The translations under genes were made by a program, and so were the position numbers. Of a stretch of 64,000 bases of DNA, positions 52,001 to 59,942 are shown one piece after another. Within the stretch, counting starts at the first letter, position 1, and the number at the start of each line of letters is the position of its first letter. Origin of the DNA: Pelagomonas calceolata (lineage: Eukaryota); contig CAKKNE010000003.1 in NCBI GenBank assembly GCA_918797485.1, positions 682,001 through 746,000 on the forward strand, written 5' to 3'. The notes under the pieces were generated by a model that saw only the letters and a list, made by a program, of their open reading frames with translations, ran no database searches and was not told the origin of the DNA.

Positions 52001-53083
52001 TTAGTCGCTGCGAAGCTTGTCCGCCACGCCCTTGACGCCCGCGGCCGCCGAAATAGCAAACCAGGCGTAGGCGACGATCGCTCCTTGGTCGGGATTGCCG
52101 CCATCAGCAGCGGCCGCTAAGCCAGGCGCCGCCGCGGCCAGGGCGGCGGCGACACCGGGCATCGCGGACGGCGCCGCAATCGCGGCTTCCAGCGCAGCAA
52201 CCTGGCCGGTGTTGCGCCTTCGTAGCCGCAATAAAAATTCTCTATTGCCGAGCTTATCGTGCACTGGTGACTCAACGGCGTCGTCGACGACTGTACAATC
52301 CGGCAGCTCCCGCGCGAACGCGATGATCGCGTCGACGGCACTCTGCCGATCCGCCGGGTCCCGCACGACGCCTCGACCGCGACGGACAATATCCGGCCCG
52401 CACTCGAACTGCGGCTTCACGAGACACATTAAATTTCCTCCCGCGTCGACCTTGCGCCAGATCGCCGGCAGGAGCTTCGTCAGACTGATAAAGCTACAGT
52501 CCGTGACCACGAGGTCGTAGGCCGCGCGCAGCGGGATGGCCGCGAGCTCGTCGTCGTAGCGGCAATTCACGTTCTCGAAGGACCGCACGCGGTCGTCCTC
52601 GAGCAAAGACGCGTGGAACTGGCCGCTGCCCACGTCGACGGCGTCCACCGCGGCCGCGCCGTGGTGCAACGAGCAATGCGAAAACCCGCCAGTGGAAGCT
52701 CCGATGTCTAGTACCGTGCGGTCCCTCGGCACGATGTCCGGCCAGGCTTCGAACGCCGCATGGAGCTTCTCTCCGCCTCTTGAAACGTAGCGAACGTTCT
52801 TCTCCGAGGCGACTTTGATCGACGCATCGACGGAGATCTTGGCGCCAGGTTTGGCCTTCGTTTCACCGTCTACCGTGACCGCGCCTTCGCGGATGAGTGC
52901 CGTGGCCTGCGATCTAGAAGCCGCGAAGCCGCGTTGCAGCAGCAATGCGTCCAGCCGCAGCTTGCCGACACGCTCGGCGACGGCGGCAGCTTGCAGCGGA
53001 CGCAGCAACCTGCTGTTTCTTGTCGGCGGCGCGACGAGGGCGCGCACTGCCGTCACGATCATCGTAAGCTGCAGCACACGCAT
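52001..53083 (-). CDS. tlyA: TlyA-family rRNA methyltransferase (S4 + FtsJ), plastid-targeted, with an extra C-terminal TM tail
   Basis: RLD..L, SRSQA, YVSRGGEKL, DIGASTGGF, SFISL, LVKPQFE, GNREFL. Confidence 0.85.
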   Translation of the reverse strand: MRVLQLTMIVTAVRALVAPPTRNSRLLRPLQAAAVAERVGKLRLDALLLQRGFAASRSQATALIREGAVTVDGETKAKPGAKISVDASIKVASEKNVRYVSRGGEKLHAAFEAWPDIVPRDRTVLDIGASTGGFSHCSLHHGAAAVDAVDVGSGQFHASLLEDDRVRSFENVNCRYDDELAAIPLRAAYDLVVTDCSFISLTKLLPAIWRKVDAGGNLMCLVKPQFECGPDIVRRGRGVVRDPADRQSAVDAIIAFARELPDCTVVDDAVESPVHDKLGNREFLLRLRRRNTGQVAALEAAIAAPSAMPGVAAALAAAAPGLAAAADGGNPDQGAIVAYAWFAISAAAGVKGVADKLRSD

Positions 53084-53618
53084 AGTTGAGCTCGCGACGA
53101 GCAGTGCCAGCAAGATGCGAGGTATTCGTCAGTGTGGCTGAAAGCTGTCAATTGCAGGCAGCGATGCAAAATGAGTCGTGCAGTCGTTGATGCTGCACAA
53201 ATGTTTGCCTTCCGAGTCGTTTGACGTTGCGTTTCTGATCCGTGCGTTGCGTCAGGCACGATTTACTTGACAGCGTAGGCTGCTCAGTCCTGTCTCGCCA
53301 AGCTGTCAGAAATCAGCCCCAAAAGAGCCAGGATCGCCTTCAGACGTTCGCCGACTCCTCCTTTACGTGGCCGGAGCTTTGCTTGCCTTACTCTTGGCGG
53401 GCGTCTGCGAGAGGCCTCTCAGTCGCTTGGGCAATTGCATTGCTAAAACAAGGGCGCACAAGCGACGTAGCGGTGCTCTTGACGGGCAGGACTCGACATC
53501 AAACGTTGCTGCAGCGTTGCAAGTGCGAAACGGGAGCGCTGCCCGCGTCGCACACGCAAAAACAAAGCAAGGGCCAGGAGCCACACGCAGCGGTGCCGCC
53601 GCCGACGCAACAACAACC

Positions 53619-55725
53619 ATGTTCGCCCTCCGCCGCGCCCTCCGACCGCTCAACGTCGCCGCCGCATCATTAACGACGCTGCAGCTCACGAAATGCGACG
53701 AGAAGAAAGGCGCGGCCGTCGGCATCGACCTCGGCACGACGTACAGCTGCGTGGGAAGCTTCCGCAACGGCAAGGTTGAAATATTGGCGAACGCCGAGGG
53801 TATGAGGACGACGCCGTCCTATGTGGCTTTATCAACGGGCCACGAGCGACTGGTCGGCGACGCGGCGAAGAACCAGGCCGCGCGAAACGCCAGAGGCACG
53901 ATTTATGATGCGAAACGCTTGATTGGCCGATTGGCCTCCGATTCCACGGTAAAAGCTGATCTAAAGAGGTGGCCCTTCGACGTCGTCGCCGGCGAGGGCG
54001 GCAAGGCCATGATCCGGGCGACGAGTCCCGACGGCCAAACATCTACGTTACACCCCGAGGAGGTCTCCGCGGCTGTGTTGTCGAAGCTCAAGAAGGACGC
54101 CGAGAGCGCGTTGGGTAAAAGTGTGGATCGAGCCGTGATCACCGTACCGGCGTATTTTAATGATGCGCAGCGCCAGGCCACGAAAGACGCTGGCGCGATT
54201 GCCGGTCTTGAGGTGTTGCGGATCATCAACGAACCGACGGCGGCGGCCCTAGCCTACGGGCTCGGCGGGAAGGATTCGAGGGGCAACGACGCCGACGCGA
54301 CCTCTGCGAGGCCCGTTACTGTTTTAGTCTACGACCTCGGGGGTGGCACCTTCGACGCCACTCTGTTAGAGATGGAGAGCGGCGTGCTGGAAGTCAAGGC
54401 GACGGCGGGCGACACGCATCTCGGTGGAGAGGACTTTAGCAACGCGCTGACGGACTTCGCCGCGCGACACCAGCGTCCTATCCGCTTCGACGGCGTATCG
54501 ACGCGTCGTCGCCACGCAGGCCAAGCACTTCTGCGAGCAGCACCCCCAGTTATTTGATGACAAAAAAGGTAGCCCAGACGCGTCCTGGCTCGACGCAAAA
54601 GCAAGGAGGCGCCTCTACCTCGCCTGCGACCGCGCGAAGAGGGAGCTGTCGGCGGCGACGAAAACGAGTATAGATGTCGATGCCTTGTACAAAGGCGAGG
54701 ACTTCGCCCTGGACATCACGCGATCGAAATTCGAGAGCTTGTGCGATCCATTGTTTGACCGGTCCATAAGATCTGTCAAGCGGGTCCTCAAGGACGCAAA
54801 AGTCGACGCGAAGGACGTCGACGAAATCGTGCTCGTCGGCGGCTCGACGCGCGTGCCGCGCGTCCGAGAGAAGCTGCTGGCGTTCTTCAACAACGCGCAG
54901 AAAGCGACGCTGAATTGTTCCCTGAACCCTGACGAGGCTGTTGCATATGGCGCCGCGGTCCATGCGGCTTCCTTGGCCGGCGAGTCCGAGGGCGGCTTGG
55001 TGTTGTTGGATGTCGCACCGTTGTCATTAGGCATCGAGACCGCTGGTGGAGTGATGACGAGATTGATCGAGCGGAACACGACGATCCCGGCCAAGGCAGC
55101 AAAGGTCTTCACGACCCACCAAGACAACCAGCCCGGCGTCGACGTCAAGGTCTTCGAAGGGGAAAGGGCGTTGACGGCGCACAATCGGTTGTTAGGAGAC
55201 TTTTCATTAGGAGGCATCGCGCCCGCTCCGAGAGGCGTGCCGCGCGTCAACGTGACTTTTGACGTCGACGCCAACGGTATACTATCGGTCAACGCTTCGG
55301 ACGAGGCGTCGGGCCGGTCGCAGTCCATCACGATCACGGCGGACAAGGCCGGCAAGTTGAGCAGGAGGGACGTCGAGCGCATGATCGCGGACGCGGAGGC
55401 GCACGCGTCCGACGACGCGGCTGCTTTAGATAAAGCGCGGGCGCGCAACGACTTGGAAGGTGCCTGCTACAGCGCGCGGTCGACGTTATCGAAGCACGCG
55501 AGCGATCTAGATGTTTCGGCGGCCCAAGCGGAAGTAGACGATGCGTTGAGGTGGTTGAACGAGAATAATGATGCCGACGCCGACGCCGTGCGCAAGCGCC
55601 AGCAGGCCTTCGACGCGATCGTCCACCCGGTCATCGCGAAGTGCTACGAGGCGACCAAGCCGGCAGACGACGATGATGATGGTGAAGACCCGTCGGACGA
55701 CAAGTTCTTCGACGGGGACAAGTAG
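53619..55725 (+). CDS. HSP70: Hsp70; GC-AG intron 54462-54519
   Basis: [57 protein letters not shown]. Confidence 0.93.
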
Positions 55726-56649
55726 GTAAGTTTTAGTTATGTTACTCTCGCTCGCGAGGCGCGTGACGACCGGCGCTTCGTCGTATTCCTTGAACGGAGC
55801 ACTCGTGGTCTCGATAGTAGGTGGCGCCGGCTCATTTTCCCTGTATGATGAGGGCAATTCCAGGGCAAATCCTACCTTGAACGGGATCCCGACCACCCTG
55901 TCGCCGTAGTAGCAGCAGGCGAGGGGGATGAGCAAACCGGCGAAGAAGCAATACGGGAAAAGCAAGTTCCAACCATACATGCCCATCCACAAGACCGCGA
56001 TCGAATGAAAGAAGGCGCAGGCGAGGAAGATGCCACACGCCCCCCTGTGTGGAAATCAAATTTTACGGCGCGTTCGTGCTGACTCGTCGCGTCTACCTGC
56101 ACGCCTGATCGCACTGATTGATTTCCACACAGCCCAGTACCACTTGCGCTTAATCCACACGTACTTGGCCTCCGACTGTTTTTCTTCCGCGATCAGTTTG
56201 TTGACCTGCCGAATCGCAAGATAAAAGAAGATCCACGCGATCGGCCAGAGGAAGTAACACCCCGACCAGAGATTTGGTTTGCAGTCGTAGTCCTCGCCCT
56301 TCTCGGTCTCGACGTTGTAGTTGCTGTCGCAGTCCTCGCCCGGCTGGCAGAGAATGCATTCGTAGCTGAACGCCTTGCATTCGACCTCTTCGTGGCAGAC
56401 GTCACCCTTCACATATCTGTACCCGGCCGCGCACGCCGCCTGCTCAACCCCAGCGCAGCCTGTGTGTCGACCGGTGAACTGCCATCGCGCCTCGCGAAGG
56501 AAAGGACCGCGTGATCTCCGCGCCGCACACGGACAATCGTCGTCGTGCTGCCACTTACCCTCCTTCGGATACCCCCACTCTAAGCACGCCTTAGCGTCGA
56601 GGGCGGTGACGCCGCGCAGCAGCGCGACCGCCACCAATGCGTTCTTCAT
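55507..56649 (-). CDS. Signal peptide + Cys-rich ectodomain + multi-TM protein; introns 56460-56534 and 56045-56140; 3' end uncertain
   Basis: Splicing gives HDDDC|CAGVEQ and KRKW|GACGIF; the reading frame runs into the Hsp70 3' end. Confidence 0.6.
56045..56132. mobile_element. Introner element, 88-bp internally shortened relative of 50859-51061
   Basis: Perfect TIR ctgtgtggaaatcaa; shares caaattttacggcgcgttcgtgctga; GT donor 8 nt outside the TIR on the minus strand. Confidence 0.9.
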
Positions 56650-56888
56650 ACGGGCAGCGTAGTTTGCTGCCCCGCCGGACGGTGCTGGTGTCTCAGAGCC
56701 GCAGAATGTCTTCAGCTGCGGCTGCACAATGCCAGGGTGGCCACAGACTCCTTGCTCGTCTCAGAACTTGGACAGGATTGGCACCTGCTGCTGGATTGCC
56801 AAGAAGATAAAACCTAGAGTGTCTATCTGATGATGAGATTTCTTGTAGGAGACATATTCCGACAAAACGGAGGTCGGAGGTGTAGGGA

Positions 56889-58437
56889 TCAAAAGACCCG
56901 GAGAGTTCCGCTGGACGGCTGGCGGCAGACGGGGCACCGGTAGGAACGCGCGGAGGAGATCCGGCCGGCGCACTCGGCGCAGGTCTGGTGCCCGCACGGA
57001 ATGAACGCGGTATCGCGCGCCCGGTCGAGGCAGACGGGGCACTCGTCTGTTCCGCTCGAACGCTCTGGCGCGGGCTCGGCCTGCGGCGGCAAGTTGCTTC
57101 TGCCGGACGTGTTGAAAGCGCCACCGAGCGCCGCGTCTATGCCAGGCTCCGGCTGGGAATCGCGCTCAGGCTGCGCGGCGCTATTCCTCAGCTCGGCCCG
57201 GCGCCCCGGCGTCGGCGCCGGTGCGGACAGCTGCGCCGAGACCCCCTGCGACCACTCGCCGCCCGTGGCCCTCACGCGAAACGAGTACGCGCCGCCGGCG
57301 TCCAGCCCGCTCACGCGCGCCTTGCTCCTCCGGACGGTCGCGAAGTTTTGCCAGGCGCCCCCGGTCTTGCGCCACTGCACTTCGAAGCTCTGCGCGGAGC
57401 CCTGCTCCCACGCGAGCGTGACCTCCGTCTGCGCCACGCTTTCGATCTTCAGGCCGCGCAGCGTTCGCCCCGCGGGCGCGGCGGCCGCCGGGCGCGCGCC
57501 GCCTAATGGCGGGAACGAGCACCCGAGGCGCAGGTACGGCGCCGACGCGGGGGCGACGGAGCCGTCGGCGTGGAACACGAAGTCGAGTGGGCGCTTGCCG
57601 CCGTGCTTCCGGTGCTCCTCGTGAAGCCGGGCCGGGTGGTTGAACCGGTTTACTACTAGATCTGTGTGGTTGCCCTGGTGTATATTCAGATGGCTCGGGC
57701 AGACGTACCAGCCAGCCCTGTCGACGAACATCGATCCCTGGCGCGAGGCCACGACCGCGTTCCTGTCCGGACCGATGCCGAGCGCCTTGTAGTGCCACTC
57801 GTGGTATGCCTCGCGCGGCTCATGGAGTTGGACGACGGCGAGGCCCGGGTGGCTCGCCAGCGTGAGCGGGACCTGCTGGCCGGCGGCGAGGGCCGCGGCC
57901 TGCTGGAAGCGGCAGACAAGCGGCGACCCGGCAGGCACGAAGGAGAAGGTCGGCTTACCGGCGCCCAGGACGAGGTGCTGCGCAAGCTTCGGGGAGATCG
58001 TCCCGTCTGAATTGATGACGAAGCTGCGGCCGCCGTTGCCGTAGCGCGTGTGGCCGGGATGACACGCCGTCGACCTTAGGATACTGAGATGGTTCCCGGC
58101 CTCGTATTTCCACCACGCGATGTCGAGCACGCGCTCGTCGTGCTCGCGCACGAGGAACTCCCCGTCGAGCCGGACGCGCATGGCCATGTGGCGTGGGCCC
58201 AATCCCAACTCAATAGCTCCACTCCTCGTGCTTGCGCGGATAGTCGTACCGCGGCACGACGGCCATGCCGTTGCGCAGCGTCAGAAGCCTCGGCGCGCCG
58301 GACTGGCGGAGCGCGTGCGCATTCTCGAAGTAGATTGCGTCGGCTGCCCCCTTGGATGTGAGGACCAGGCGGGGGCCGTCCTCGGTGGCGCCGGTGCCCG
58401 GCGGCGTGTAGTTTTCGGCAGAGGCACCGCAGCCCAT
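56889..58437 (-). CDS. N-myristoylated protein with two internal repeats, FN3 and RING; frameshift at about 58210
   Basis: MGCGAS; FN3 (VTLAW, VSGL..G..YSFRVRA); RING CPVC..PCGHQTC..C..CPVCR. Confidence 0.7.
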
Positions 58438-58566
58438 CCTCTTCCAAAAAAGAAAACCTTGCTTTGCTTAGAGCTAGGCTGCCTAGCCACGACCCCTTCC
58501 TGCCTCCAAAAAAAACTCCTGGCTCAAAATTGCTCAAATCTAGTGTGTTGCAACAAGCCACCGCAC

Positions 58567-58625
58567 TCGGCGGCGCGCGGTGTCTCCCCCCAGGGGCTCC
58601 GCCCACTAGTCCTAGCACCGTAACA
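58567..58625. repeat. Dispersed ~60-bp non-coding repeat, copy 2
   Basis: Near-identical to 22307-22366. Confidence 0.75.
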
Positions 58626-58766
58626 TCGACTTTAGCTGGATAACGACGCGAAAGATAACCTAAGGACGGCAAGGACCGGAAGACGCCGTCGTATAACGAG
58701 GGGCACTTGACCCCTCGAGCCCTCCACCCAAAACGAAGGACTATGAATTAAGAAAACACCCCCCAG

Positions 58767-59507
58767 CTACGTGTACACGAGCAGGTCCCCGGCGTTGAGC
58801 TCCTCCCAGCGCAGCTTCTTCTTTCCCAAATACTCGATCACCGCGGGCTTGATTTTGGCTTGGTGGTCCTCCGAGTGGTGGCCCGCGCCCGTCACGACCT
58901 CGAGCTTCTCGCCCGGCGCGAAGGTCTTCAGCCGCTCCTTCAGGAACCGGAGGGCCTCCTCAACAAACAGGCCGTGCAGGTCGATGTAATTGTCGGGCCG
59001 CCCGCCGTTCCGATGCAAGTAGATGGCGTGCGCCGCCTGGTCGTGGAGCTTCTTCGCCTGCGCATCCAACTCCTTGCCGCGCTCGGACATGGTCTTCGCG
59101 CCGGCCTTGTCCCCCTTCTCCCACAAGTCGTGGGCCTGCCTCTTGGCTTCCCGCGACCGTTTCTGCACCCGTAGAGCTTTTGCGCGCTTCTTGCCGCCGT
59201 CCTCGCCACAGTAGTCCGGTGCTTCGTGGGCTTTTAACGCCGCGGCAGCAACAAGAGCCTTGGCGTTGTTCACTTGCGTCTCCGTTCCCTCATAACTCAC
59301 GGACCCCCGCTTCCGATCGATCTGGATGCGCGCGCCGGAGTCGCGCTCGATCTTCTTGATGGTCGCGCCGCCGTGGCCCAACAGCCCCACGATCTCGACC
59401 TGGTCCAGGTGCTCGCCGGCGTGGTGATCATCAACCTCGTGGCCCGGGTGCTCGCCGGGGTGCTCGTGCTTTTCTCCGCCGCTGAAGAAGGATTGGCAGA
59501 TACCCAT
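58767..59507 (-). CDS. KH + DUF1771 + Smr domain protein
   Basis: LLGHGGATIKKIERDSGARIQI; IDLHGLFVEEA; VVTGAGHHS. Confidence 0.85.
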   Translation of the reverse strand: MGICQSFFSGGEKHEHPGEHPGHEVDDHHAGEHLDQVEIVGLLGHGGATIKKIERDSGARIQIDRKRGSVSYEGTETQVNNAKALVAAAALKAHEAPDYCGEDGGKKRAKALRVQKRSREAKRQAHDLWEKGDKAGAKTMSERGKELDAQAKKLHDQAAHAIYLHRNGGRPDNYIDLHGLFVEEALRFLKERLKTFAPGEKLEVVTGAGHHSEDHQAKIKPAVIEYLGKKKLRWEELNAGDLLVYT

Positions 59508-59757
59508 GGCGGCGGTGCGCTAGCCGCGCGGTCCGTGGCGCGCGGGGGTAGCCGCGTCGCGCAGGCGTCTCGCAGGCGTCGCGGCGGCAGCGTCGAGAAC
59601 GTGTGAATTTGCGTCCTCGGGGCAGTTTCAAGCTGACGCAGCGACGGGGAGCCGCCTACTCGCACAAATGCGCCAGTTCCCTACGTTTTTGATGGCCGAT
59701 GAGCAGTTCCCGCGGCAGGAACAGAGGCAGCTCCCAAACTCTGGAAGCAGCAGCTTG

Positions 59758-59780
59758 CTAGTGTCTTTACAGGCCGCTAG
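59758..59780 (-). promoter_or_regulatory. CTAG-bounded promoter-region motif, copy 12
   Basis: CTAGTGTCTTTACAGGCCGCTAG, divergent intergenic. Confidence 0.6.
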
Positions 59781-59942
59781 CGAGGGATGTCGCGAGTCGT
59801 CTCGAGGGAGCTCTCTGCCAACGATTCAAGGCAATGAAGCATCCCGGGGCGAACCCACAACCGCGGGCGGCCGCGACCAACGCTGCCCAGCTCTCGACGA
59901 TAACGAGGCTGCCCCAGCCGCATCGATGGCGACGTAACCACG

